Assembly (NCBI GenBank): GCA_963774665.1
Contig: CAVZGB010000010.1
Location: forward strand, 515,677-579,676
DNA from: an uncultured delta proteobacterium
GTDB lineage: Bacteria > Desulfobacterota > Binatia > Binatales > Binataceae
DNA: 64,000 nucleotides
Reading direction: 5' to 3'
Positions 32,956-42,714 of the stretch are shown piece by piece. Positions within the stretch are counted from its first letter, which is position 1. The number at the start of each line of letters is the position of its first letter. The position numbers and the translations under genes are program-made. Below the pieces are notes generated by a model. It ran no database searches. It had not been told where the DNA came from and saw only the letters and a list, made by a program, of their open reading frames with translations.

Positions 32956-34729
32956 TCACTTCTTCGCAGTCAGGCGATATACCGCGATCGCCTCGTTCTG
33001 CGAAACCGGCTCGATTGTAAATTTTTCCTGTAACTGATCGAGTTCAGACTTGAGCACGTCGGCATACCCTTGCGACTCGGGCGGCGCGAGCAGGAGAAAG
33101 ACCGGCGTCTTCGCATCAATCGTCGATGCGAGCGACGCTGTCACCGCCGCCGCCATCTGCGCGTCCTCGAATACGACCGGCGGCACCGGGCCGTTCCATC
33201 CCGCCGCGCGCTTCTCGTACAGGCGATGCAAATGGTAGTCGGTGAATCGCTCGCCCGGATCGAGCGAATTGAGCCCGACGTAGCTTCTCGTCTCTCCGAG
33301 ATACAAATCGAGAAACTGCAGCGAGATGTTGCTGATGATGGTCGAATCGGGCGGCAGGCTCGAATCCAAGGACGCCAAAGACTCCACCATCACGGAGGAT
33401 GCAGGCTGAGCGCTCAACCGCACGGCCGCTTCAGTAGCCAGCGACACGACTAGCAGCAAATCGAGCACGATCACGCTGGCCGCTGCCGCTATCTTGGTGG
33501 CGTTTCGATTTCGATTGCGGAGCACGGCTGCGAACATATCGATTCGCCGCTGCCGCGCCCGCACCCGCCGCGATGAACAGTACAAATGCGCCAGGCAGGA
33601 TGAACGCCACGTCGGTAAACAAATAGAAACAGTAGAGTCCCGTTAGCGCGGCGAGGTATCCGAGCCCGAACCACATCAAGCGCCGCGCTGCGGGTCTACC
33701 GGGCGTACGAAAGATCGCGATGAACCCGACAATCGCGAACACCGCCGCCGCGAACGGGTACAGGAAGTAGCGCGCATCGCCGCGATCGCCGAGCATCCCG
33801 TCGAGCCCGAGCAGCGTCGTGACGTAAACGATTACGTTGCCGTGCGGATTTCGCGGCATCGTCGGACCGAACAGATACGCGATGCTGAACGTCCTCCCGC
33901 CCGCGCCATAGACCTCGGGCACCCACCACGCGTACCCGCTCGCGAAGGGGCTCCCAGATTGATCGAGTTCTGATGCAACTGCCACGCGACTGGAATCGCA
34001 AATCCGATTGCCACTGCGATCGCCGCTTTGATCAGAACTCGGCAGATCGCCTTTCTCAAACGGCACCATCACGACGCACAGCGCGAGACCGACAAGAATC
34101 GTCGCGTTGGTGGGACGGATGATCGTCGAGAACCCGGCGAGGAGACCGAATACCAACCATGCCGACATGCGCATCCAACTCGACGATTGGTTCATGTAGT
34201 CCGAGGTCGCAACCGCCAGCATCACCGCGGCGCAAATCGTCACGAACAACGTGGGCACGTCGCTCATTACGAGCGACGAATACGTGATGAAAATCGGGGA
34301 GAGCGCGAGCAAGAGCGCCGCAACTGTCGCGGCCAGGCGCCAGAACTGTCCGCGCGCCAACATGAAAATGCCGAAGACCGAGAGCATCCCGAGGATCAGC
34401 GCTGCGTTGAGTGGCCGGAACTCTCCACCATAGACGCGGTGGAAGAAGGCCAGGATCAGTGGGTAGCCGGCGGTATAGCGCGACGGGTAAGTATATCCAC
34501 CGAAATGCAACACCGCACCGCGACCATTCGCGAGGTTCACGCCCGCAGCTGCGTACTCGAGTCCATCCGGCCACGGCATCAATTCGACCCCGCGTCGCAA
34601 GCCCGCGGACGTAGCCATCACGAATGTCAGAATCAGGATCGCCGCGACGATTATCCAATCAAAGTGGTCGATGAGCAGGTAACCATGCACGGCGGATGCG
34701 GACTGCTTCGATGACCGCGGGTGATTCAT
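32956..34729 (-). CDS. ArnT/PMT-like (GT-C) membrane glycosyltransferase (frameshifted at least twice)
   Basis: PDGLEY, GYPLIL, MSDVP, IRPTN; multi-TM; continues across three ORF fragments. Confidence 0.7.
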
Positions 34730-36247
34730 CGAGCCGCGTCTCCGTGAGCATCGGCGCGTGGCTCATCGTCGTGCTGCTCATCCCGCGCATCTTGCGGATT
34801 CTTTACCCGGAAATATGGGTCGAGGACGATTTCTACCTCGAGAGCGCGTGGCTCGTGAGTGTCGGGATGCGCCCGTACCTCGATTTCGTTCACCCGCATA
34901 TGCCGCTGCTCGAATGGATCGCGGCAGGTTACCTCAAGTTGTTCGGCGCAAGCTATCTGTCGATCGAAATCCTGAACGAGGCCGCGATTTTCGCGACCAG
35001 CATCCTGACCTACGCTCTCGCCCGCCGGATCGCCGGCCGTCCGACCGCGATCGCCGCGTCGATACTATACGCATACAGCTCGCTGGTCTTTCGCTATCAC
35101 GCCTACGAGCGCGAATGTTTCGTCGCACCGCTCCTTCTGCTCGGCGCAATCGTCACGCTCGACGACGCGATGCCCGCGATGCGCCAGGCCGCTATTCTCG
35201 CCGCCATCTTCTTCATCGCGTCCGCAATCAAGTTGACCGCCGTGATCGCGTTTCCCGTGATGCTGATTTTCGTCGCCGTCGCGTACCGCCGAATCGCGAG
35301 CACGGTAATCTCCGGCGTTATTTTCGCATTCGCGCTCGCCGCGTTCAGCGCGATCCTCTACCGGCTCTACGGCGGGGAGTTCATTTTCCAGACGTTCGTG
35401 TTTCACTTTCTGAAAGGTCGCGACCTCGGCCTCAACACGGCGCTCTTCCCGCGAATGATTCTCGACATACTCGTGCCGCTGTTTCGTCTTCGGATGCTGG
35501 CAAATCTTCGCCAATCGCATTTTCAATCGCGGCGTAATTCTCGTGCTCGCAATTATCGCTGTCGAGTACGCATTTTACGGCGTGCTGAGTCCGACTGCGT
35601 GGGGCCACAACTATCTCGAGCCGCTGCCGTTCATCGCGATCATTGCTGGAATCGGCGCGATTGCTCTGGCGCATGCAATCCGCACGCGGCCCCATCGATG
35701 GCCCCTGCTCGCGGGCGGCGCGGTGATGCTCGTGATTTGCCTGTTCCGCATCTCACCGATCATCAACGAGAACTGGCTGCATGGCGCCGTCTACGGATTC
35801 GGCTTCGTGCCGCGCGCGGAAATCTCGCGGCTCGCCGATGCGTTGCGCGCCGCCAGCAAGCCGGACGACGACGTGATCGCGCCTTCTTTCATCTGCTTCG
35901 AGGCCAACCGCCGTGAACTGATCCGCTATCCCGAGACCTACGGCGTGTATCGCGAAGCAAAAGCGGAATACGAACGCGACGGCTTCTTCGCCGCGCGCCG
36001 CCGCATGGGCACGGCCGATTTCTTCCAGCTGATCTCGGACACGCGTCACTACTGGACCGACCAGATGCGCGAAGCGATCGCCAGCGGAAAAGTCTCCGCC
36101 GTCATCAGCGACTCACCGATTCAATTGCTCCCGCTGGTGCTGGTCCCCGATGAGTTCCTGTCGAGCAACGGCTTCCGCCCGGCATTGACAACGGATCATT
36201 TCATCCTGTGGACCCGAACCCCCGCGCCGCCGGCGGCAAATCAGTAA
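34711..36247 (+). CDS. ArnT/PMT-like (GT-C) membrane glycosyltransferase (frameshift near 35490)
   Basis: EDDFYL, G.RPYLDF.HPH.PL, IKLT; multi-TM. Confidence 0.7.
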
Positions 36248-36258
36248 ACTAATTTAAT

Positions 36259-36374
36259 GTGAAACCCGCGATGGGTTTCACGCTTCCTTCGGCAGGGGTA
36301 ACCCCTGCACCTTACTGAGAAGAAAAGATGCGGGACGGAGTTTACCCTGAGTACTCGTAGGGTCCCTGTTAGAA
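36259..36374 (+). repeat. Tri-hairpin intergenic repeat, copy A
   Basis: Long shared blocks with 39653-39749. Confidence 0.85.
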
Positions 36375-36401
36375 GTGGGTAAGTGTGAAGAGCGTCCGCG
36401 A

Positions 36402-36467
36402 TTTACCTCGCCCGTTACTTCACGGGAGAGGAGGCCGGCCGCATCGCGGCCGGTAGGTGAGGGTTCT
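36402..36467 (-). repeat. ~67-bp dispersed palindromic repeat, copy 2
   Basis: Reverse complement matches 29925-29992. Confidence 0.85.
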
Positions 36468-36536
36468 GCGATTCAAGCTGTACGCGCGCAAGGTCGCCGG
36501 CTCTCAGTGGGGCGAGCCGCCGTGCTCGCCATCGCT

Positions 36537-37748
36537 TCACTGCGGATGCCAGCTTGCGCCGCCGTCCGACGTCGCGAAACTCTGGCCCCCAGCAGTAGTG
36601 ACGATTGCGTCCCTCGCGCTGGTGGCCGATATCCCTGTCAGATTGTCTGTGCTGGGCGCCGCGATGAGCTCCCAATGCTCGCCGTCTGTCGTGCGGATGA
36701 TCGTTCCGCTACGGCCCACTATCCAGCACACAGTCGTTGACGGCGCCGAGCCCGCAACCAGGTCGGTGCTCACGCCGCTGTTCTGCACCTTTAACCCGGG
36801 GCTGTTCGCGTCGCGTCGTCGCACCATTCCATTCTGGCCGACGATCCACGTGACAGATCGGTCGGGCGATACGATCGTCACGGGCACTTCTGCTCCTCCT
36901 GACGCACCGCCAACCGAGCGCGTCGCGAAATCGCCGCGTTCCGCCATACTGAGTGACCGTGGCGCGGGGGCGTTCGGAGCAGCCGCACCAGACTGCGCCG
37001 TCATCGATGCCGCGCCTGAGGCCAGCGCTTGTTTATGTGCCGTCTGCGCAGAGAACGCACCCATCGTTTCCGCGCGCGGTCCAGCCTCCGTCTTCGTCTT
37101 CGCTGCGTCCATGGCGATCTCGTTCGAAGCTTGCGCCGGCGGCGGCGAGGCGGGCTCAGTGGCTGGCGACTCCGGTGCAACCACGGGAGCGGGCGCACGC
37201 ACGGCGCGATTCATCTGCGGAGCTTCACGGCTCATCAGCGCCTGTCGCCGAGCGTCATTCATCGCAAGCTCGCTCGACACAAGAGCGGGTGCGCTGGGAG
37301 CCGCCGCCGGAACTGACGGAGCAAGCGCAGGCGCCTGTGCGACAACGGCGCTGCTCGGAGCTTCATTCTTCGCCATCGCGACCAGCTGATCTCCCTGTTC
37401 CTGATTCGCGGGACGCCTTATCGCAACAAAAACGAGCACGGCTGCGACCGCGGCGAGCGCGGGAATCGCGATGCGCCATCTTCGATACCATGGGACTTCA
37501 GATGCCGCCTTCGCGACGCGCGCGCTCTCATCGGCGCGTGCGATATCCGCCAACATGAGCTGGCATCGCATGCAATCGGCAAAATGCGTTTCGAGCCGCT
37601 CGCGCTCAGCCGCGGCCAGCGACCGGTCGCTGTATGCAGCCATCGACTCTGCGTCGGCGCATTCGGGGGTCGCCGGACCGGGCCGTTCGCGCATCGCACG
37701 GCGCAGAACCGCGTCGAGCGGATCGTTATTTCTGTTATCCGGCGTCAC
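36537..37748 (-). CDS. Zinc-finger (HxxxCxxC) anti-sigma factor with a C-terminal YCF48/BNR-like beta domain
   Basis: HFADCMRC, one TM helix, Ala/Pro linker, WIVG..G.I.RTTDG..W, TSDGGASW. Confidence 0.8.
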   Translation of the reverse strand: MTPDNRNNDPLDAVLRRAMRERPGPATPECADAESMAAYSDRSLAAAERERLETHFADCMRCQLMLADIARADESARVAKAASEVPWYRRWRIAIPALAAVAAVLVFVAIRRPANQEQGDQLVAMAKNEAPSSAVVAQAPALAPSVPAAAPSAPALVSSELAMNDARRQALMSREAPQMNRAVRAPAPVVAPESPATEPASPPPAQASNEIAMDAAKTKTEAGPRAETMGAFSAQTAHKQALASGAASMTAQSGAAAPNAPAPRSLSMAERGDFATRSVGGASGGAEVPVTIVSPDRSVTWIVGQNGMVRRRDANSPGLKVQNSGVSTDLVAGSAPSTTVCWIVGRSGTIIRTTDGEHWELIAAPSTDNLTGISATSARDAIVTTAGGQSFATSDGGASWHPQ

Positions 37749-37811
37749 GTCGTCACGATTCCTTACTCTTTGAACGAGCCGATGCGGGAATATTGCACTG
37801 GGCGCGTCGTT

Positions 37812-38682
37812 TCATTTGACGTCCGGGAGCGCGCGCGACAAATCGATCTGCAAATCGCCCGCAGCCCAATCATAACACAGCCGAATCTGGTCCTGGCTCA
37901 GCTTGTCGCCGTCGTGCAGCGTGCGCTCGATCGCGAGTTTGAGCTGGTCGCGCGTGCGCGCCAGCCGGCGCGACGACCGTCGACTCATGCTCGTCCATCA
38001 CACGGCCAATTTCCTTAAGCGACAAATCGTGCCGGTAGTAGTACGCCATCCGCATCCGGTCCCGCGGCGCCAGCGATTTGAGCGCCGCATCGAGCGCCTT
38101 TCCCAGCATCGCGACGTAACGCGCGCGATCGGAGTCGGGCGCGTCGGCATGATCGTCGCCGGTGTTAGTCGCCTGCTCAACCTGATCATCGAGTGGTGCG
38201 AGACGGCTCTGAGAGCGGATGTAATCGACGTGGCGCTGCGCCAGCACCGCCCGCATCCAGGTGAGAAGCGAGCTGCGGCCGTGAAAGTAGCTGAGGATCG
38301 ATCGGCGGCGGCCGTCGCGAACCTCCATCCCGTACATCTCGGCCCAAATCGAATCCGCGAGCTCGCGGCCTCGCGCGTCGTCACCGGCAATCGCACGCGC
38401 TGCCGCATAGAGCGCCGGTCTGAAGCTCGTGATGAAGTGCTCCCATGGCGCGGATTCGCCCGCCTGGCACGCAAGCGCGAGGCTCAAATCTTCGGCGTGA
38501 AGTGCATCGATAAACGATTCGACGCCGCCTCGTTCGAGCACGCCCGCCGAGCGCGCGCCCCGATAAGCGGCATCGCAAAGGGACTCATCGCTGACGTTCC
38601 ATCGCGCGGCGCGGGCGCGCTCGCACAGACGCGCCAATGAGCGGGCGTTCTGCGCGACGAATTCGGGAGGCGCTTCGCTCAC
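37812..38682 (-). CDS. ECF sigma factor with an N-terminal extension (frameshift near 37980)
   Basis: EDL.LA.AC..G, F.GRSSL.TW, region 4 LSLKEIGRVMDEHESTV continuing SRRLARTR. Confidence 0.8.
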
Positions 38683-38864
38683 GTTGGTCGCCGATTCATC
38701 ACGCGATCGAGGATAGACAAGAGAACGCGCACGCGAAATCGTCAGTGCGCAAAGAACCTGCGTGCGGCTTCGACGAGCCGCTCTGAAGAGGAAGGTAGAG
38801 ACCCAAGCCGCGTTTATCGCGCGGCTTTTCTAATTACTGGGTCCAGCGAGCACTGGTCGTCGGA

Positions 38865-38966
38865 CTAGCCGGCCGAGGTCGCCAGGTAGTTGGCTACTAT
38901 CAAGGCTCCGACCGTCAATGCCGAACCCATGACCACGAATACTGCCATACGCGCCATGCTGCTCAT
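38865..38966 (-). CDS. 33-aa single-TM small protein (absent from the ORF track)
   Basis: AAGGGAG SD 6 nt before the ATG; MSSMARMAVFVVMGSALTVGALIVANYLATSAG. Confidence 0.55.
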   Translation of the reverse strand: MSSMARMAVFVVMGSALTVGALIVANYLATSAG

Positions 38967-39149
38967 CGCCGACTCCCTTGGCGGAAAGCCGCTGAAAGGC
39001 TGGCTTTCCGCAGCTGCGGACATTACCAAACCTTATTCGATAAATCAGTTACCGCGATACTGGGACGTCGTCAAGAGGGGCGATGGCAGGGCGGAAATTG
39101 CCCAAAGAAAGGGAATTGCCGGTTGATTCGTGATGGGAGAGAAGTCGGA

Positions 39150-39647
39150 ATGATGAAAATGATAAGCAGAGGAATTGGATTGAGCGTGGCCGGCGTTCTC
39201 GCGATGCTGCTGGTCGCGTCGCACGCGCCGGCAGCGGATGACGATTCGGCAGCAGTGCAGAATCAGATTCGCGTCGAGCTCGAGAAGTGGAAGCTGGATT
39301 TCAACGCTGGCGATGCGTCGCAGGTCTGCACGCTGTTTGCGCCGGATTTGATTTCAAATTTTCGCGCGCAGCCGGAAGACACCTACAATTCTCTCTGCGC
39401 CAATTTGCAGGCTGCCCTGACGGACCCGGCCAAGACCTATCACTACGACCTGGAAATCAAGGAAATCCTGGTGTCGGGCGACCTCGCCGTCGTAAGACTC
39501 GTCTGGACTCTCAAGGTGCGTCCGAAAGACGCCGCCGCATCCGAGGTGACGACCCGCGAACCCGGCATGGACATTTTCCGGCGCCAAGCGGACGGAAGCT
39601 GGAAAATATCGCGCTACATGGCGTATGAGGCGCCGGGGCCGACGTGA
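39150..39647 (+). CDS. Secreted SnoaL/DUF4440 (NTF2-like) protein
   Basis: Signal peptide; FNAGDA, SGDLAVV, DIFRRQADGSWKI. Confidence 0.8.
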   Translation: MMKMISRGIGLSVAGVLAMLLVASHAPAADDDSAAVQNQIRVELEKWKLDFNAGDASQVCTLFAPDLISNFRAQPEDTYNSLCANLQAALTDPAKTYHYDLEIKEILVSGDLAVVRLVWTLKVRPKDAAASEVTTREPGMDIFRRQADGSWKISRYMAYEAPGPT

Positions 39648-39652
39648 TTGTA

Positions 39653-39749
39653 CGTGAAACCCACCATGGGTTTCACGCTTCCTTGGGCAGGGGTAACCCC
39701 TGCACCTTAGAATCAAAAACGAAGATGCGGGACTTCGTCCCTGTTAGAA
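39653..39749 (+). repeat. Tri-hairpin intergenic repeat, copy B
   Basis: cgtgaaaccca-cca-tgggtttcacg; gcagggg-taa-cccctgc; gggac-ttc-gtccc. Confidence 0.85.
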
Positions 39750-39821
39750 CTGTGTGAGTGGTGAGCATAGGGCGCCGAGCGATCTCGTTGATCGCTCGGC
39801 GCCATTCCAATTGCGAGACGA

Positions 39822-40337
39822 CTAGTGCTTCTGATCGTAGTGGCGCTCGGCTGCCATGTAGCGGTACGGGTGCGACTTCCAGTCGCGGCGCGCTATTGGA
39901 TGATTGTGCAGATATTCGTGAAGGCCTGGGTGACTGTCGACGTATCCGCGATTGTCGACCAGCGCCGGGTCCTTCTCTAACTGCCTCGACACTTCGGGAT
40001 GCGAGTCCATGTAGTGATCGGTCGTCGCTAGCGGATGCCCGTAGTGCCAGTCGTGGTGGATGTCGTAGTAGCCCTCGCGCGCCATGAAGCGGTCGGGATG
40101 ACTCTGCAGGTCCGAACGCACTTCCGGATGGTTCTTGAAATACTCGTCGAGGCCGGGATGAGTGGCGAGGAACCGCGGGTTGTCCACCAGCCGTGGATCG
40201 TGGGCGAGTTGCTGCGCGACTTCGGGATGCTCGTCGAGGTAGCCATTATCGAAGCGGCTGACGGGGCCTGCGAATGCGGTCGAGCTGATCGCGCCGACGA
40301 AGGCTATTGCCGCTAAAGCTGTGATGGATTTTTTCAT
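39822..40337 (-). CDS. Secreted His-Pro repeat protein with two ~70-aa units
   Basis: Signal peptide ending AFA; Y(L/M)DxHPEV..QL..DP.LVDN...HPGL.EY...HP occurs twice. Confidence 0.8.
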   Translation of the reverse strand: MKKSITALAAIAFVGAISSTAFAGPVSRFDNGYLDEHPEVAQQLAHDPRLVDNPRFLATHPGLDEYFKNHPEVRSDLQSHPDRFMAREGYYDIHHDWHYGHPLATTDHYMDSHPEVSRQLEKDPALVDNRGYVDSHPGLHEYLHNHPIARRDWKSHPYRYMAAERHYDQKH

Positions 40338-40394
40338 GATTGATCTCCTGTTCTATCGGCGGCTCTTTGCGCCGTTGTTGTTCTGCGATGAGAA

Positions 40395-40425
40395 TTGGAC
40401 GGAGCGAATCGAGGGTTCGTTTACA
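40395..40425 (-). promoter_or_regulatory. ECF-type promoter for the His-Pro repeat gene
   Basis: tgtaaac-gaaccctcgattcgctc-cgtccaa. Confidence 0.65.
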
Positions 40426-40440
40426 GCACTCGAGTCAGGA

Positions 40441-40476
40441 ACCTAACCCCCGGCCCCTTCCCTCGAGGGAAGGGGA
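40441..40476. repeat. REP-like hairpin of the family targeted by IS481
   Basis: acctaacccccggccccttccc-tcga-gggaagggg. Confidence 0.7.
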
Positions 40477-40517
40477 GCAATCGCTTAAGAAAGAAAGAGG
40501 GTTCAGGCTGCTCAGGG

Positions 40518-40548
40518 TGTAAACGAACATTAAGCTTCTTTCGTCAAA
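40518..40548 (+). promoter_or_regulatory. ECF-type (probably autoregulatory) promoter
   Basis: tgtaaac-gaacattaagcttcttt-cgtcaaa upstream of the ECF sigma gene. Confidence 0.65.
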
Positions 40549-40621
40549 TGGGTCGGGAATTTGTTATATCGGTCGCGGGCCGATTTTTTTGTAGGTTTGA
40601 CGCGTCCCGGGACTGATTACG

Positions 40622-41191
40622 GTGGAGCCTTCCGATGAGGAGCTGTGCAGGAGAATCGCCGAGCGCGATGCGGACGCATTCGAGCTCATGGTGGACCGCC
40701 ATCAGGGGCGCGCGTACCGCCTTGCTGCGTCAGTCCTCGGCAACGAGGCCGACGCTCGCGACGTCTCGCAGGACGCATTTATCCGGCTGTACGAATCCGC
40801 GGGACGTTTCGACGGACGGTCGCGCTTTTCGACCTGGTTCTACCGGATACTGGTCAACCTGTGCATCGATCATCAGCGGAAGAATCGATGGTGGAAGCGG
40901 CTGGCGCCGCTCGCTACGCCCGGCGGCGACGACCCCGACGAACGCGCGTTCGATCCGCCGTCAAGTGAGGCCGGCCCCGAGGACGAGGCGATGCTGACAC
41001 AATCGATACGCCGGCTTCGTCCCGCGCTCGCGAAGCTGTCGCCTCAGCAGCGTGCCGCGGTGTTGCTGCAGACGCAGGAGGGTTTCACCAGCCGCGAGAT
41101 TGGCGAGGTGCTCAAGTGCTCGGAGGCGACCGCGCGCGTGCACGTGCATCGCGGGATCGCGCAGCTCCGCAAATTGATGGCGAACGACTGA
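40622..41191 (+). CDS. ECF RNA polymerase sigma factor
   Basis: DARDVSQDAF, FDGRSRFSTWFYRI..N.CID, EIGEVLKCSEAT. Confidence 0.92.
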   Translation: MEPSDEELCRRIAERDADAFELMVDRHQGRAYRLAASVLGNEADARDVSQDAFIRLYESAGRFDGRSRFSTWFYRILVNLCIDHQRKNRWWKRLAPLATPGGDDPDERAFDPPSSEAGPEDEAMLTQSIRRLRPALAKLSPQQRAAVLLQTQEGFTSREIGEVLKCSEATARVHVHRGIAQLRKLMAND

Positions 41192-41196
41192 CTACG

Positions 41197-41760
41197 ATGG
41201 CTACGAATCACCCGGATACAGAAATCGTACCGTACCTGCGCGGAGAGTTGAGCGCGGATGAGCGGGCGCGAGTCGGGGCGCACCTCGAGGGATGCGCGCA
41301 ATGCCGCGAGTCGGCTGACGCTTCGTCGGCGATACTGTCGAATCTCGCACGAGCCGTAGATGACGTCCGCGAGCCGGATTGGGCGGAGTACCGCGGCGAG
41401 CTTCAACGTAAGTTGCGCGCGAGCCAGGCGGACAGCGCGAGCGTTCGCGGCCGGTGGCGATGGCGGCGAGAGGATATTCGATTGCCGTTGCCGGCCTTCG
41501 GTTGGCCCTCGATGGCGCTGAGTGCGGCGGCGGTCGCGGTGCTCGCGATCGCAATCGTGATGCATCGCGGGGCGGGGAGTTCGAATGCGCCTGGCGTCGA
41601 CCAGCTCGAGCTGCAGCAGGAGCTGAGCAGTGCGGATGTGGGCCTGCTCGCCAACTATCACGTCGTCGAGCATCTCGATCTGCTCGAGAACTATGACGTG
41701 ATCGAGCATCTGGACGAGCTGGGGCCCGGAGATCGCCAGAACAATGAATCTCCGTCGTAA
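41197..41760 (+). CDS. zf-HC2 anti-sigma factor
   Basis: YLRGEL, HLEGCAQC, one TM helix. Confidence 0.85.
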   Translation: MATNHPDTEIVPYLRGELSADERARVGAHLEGCAQCRESADASSAILSNLARAVDDVREPDWAEYRGELQRKLRASQADSASVRGRWRWRREDIRLPLPAFGWPSMALSAAAVAVLAIAIVMHRGAGSSNAPGVDQLELQQELSSADVGLLANYHVVEHLDLLENYDVIEHLDELGPGDRQNNESPS

Positions 41761-42142
41761 AGTGGCTGCGATAGTGCTGCTCGGGACGATGGTTGTGTGC
41801 GGCGAAACGGGGCGAGCGTCGGCGCAAAGCTCTACGAACGAGGCGCCGCCGGATTTGAGAATGCTGATGAACCTGGACCTGTTCGAGCCGCGTCACGACA
41901 ACGCGCAAGGTGCGCCTGCGCCGGCTGCGTCACCGGGCGACGACTCGATGCTCGATCAGATCCGTACGCTCGACGAGATGGGCTACCTGGGAAATCACGA
42001 CCATACGAACGCAGGTGACGTGCCGGCCCCCGAAGCTGCGGAACCTCCGGCGCCGGGTGCAGAAGACGTCGCGCCTTCCAAGGCGCCTCCGCAGATGCCG
42101 GCAAGCCAGCCGAGCTACGATGTCGAGGGGCCGCAGCAATGA
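41744..42142 (+). CDS. Hypothetical exported Pro/acidic protein
   Basis: Signal-like N-terminus; overlaps both neighbours in the ECF operon. Confidence 0.65.
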   Translation: MNLRRKVAAIVLLGTMVVCGETGRASAQSSTNEAPPDLRMLMNLDLFEPRHDNAQGAPAPAASPGDDSMLDQIRTLDEMGYLGNHDHTNAGDVPAPEAAEPPAPGAEDVAPSKAPPQMPASQPSYDVEGPQQ

Positions 42143-42705
42143 CGGGACGCAGGCATATCGCGAGTGCGTTCATCTTCGCTGCGTTGATCTGCTGCGGATT
42201 CGCGCCGGCAACTACCGTCTTTGCGCAACCGTCACCACCAGGCGCGTCGATGCCGTCGAGCGACGCCGAGCGCGCGCTGGCTGCGCAGCATCCGAGGGAA
42301 TGGGCAAACCTCACGCCCGATCAGCGTCAGCGCGTGGTCGAGAATTATCGGCGATGGCAATCGATGCGGCCCGACGAACGGCAGAAGGCGCAGCAGAACT
42401 TCCAGACGTTCCGCAATCTGCCGCCCGAACAGCGCAAGCGAGTGCTCGAGGGATTGCGCAAGTGGCGCCAGCTTCCACAGGCGCGTCGCGATGAATTGCA
42501 GCATGACTACGCCCGCTGGCGTGGTCTGCCGCCGGATCAGCGCGATCGTATGATGAAGCGATATCAGCAATTCGAGCAGTTGCCGCCGGCGCAGCGCGAA
42601 CGAATGATGGCGAATTGGCATCGATGGCAGCAGATGACGCCCGAGCAGCGGCGCGAAGCGCGTCGACGGTTGGGATTGTGGCGGCAGCATCCGCATCAGC
42701 CGTAG
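42139..42705 (+). CDS. DUF3106-like helical repeat protein
   Basis: Repeats W..L.P(D/E)QR after a signal peptide. Confidence 0.8.
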   Translation: MTGRRHIASAFIFAALICCGFAPATTVFAQPSPPGASMPSSDAERALAAQHPREWANLTPDQRQRVVENYRRWQSMRPDERQKAQQNFQTFRNLPPEQRKRVLEGLRKWRQLPQARRDELQHDYARWRGLPPDQRDRMMKRYQQFEQLPPAQRERMMANWHRWQQMTPEQRREARRRLGLWRQHPHQP

Positions 42706-42714
42706 AAGGGGTCT

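Noticed and set aside
34690-34750. Head-to-head overlap of the two glycosyltransferase genes
   Set aside because: Alternative GTG starts on both strands remove the overlap.
36259-39749. CRISPR array or attC integron cassettes suggested by the GTGAAAC/GTTTCAC palindromes
   Set aside because: Only isolated copies kilobases apart; no spacer periodicity, cas genes or integron integrase.
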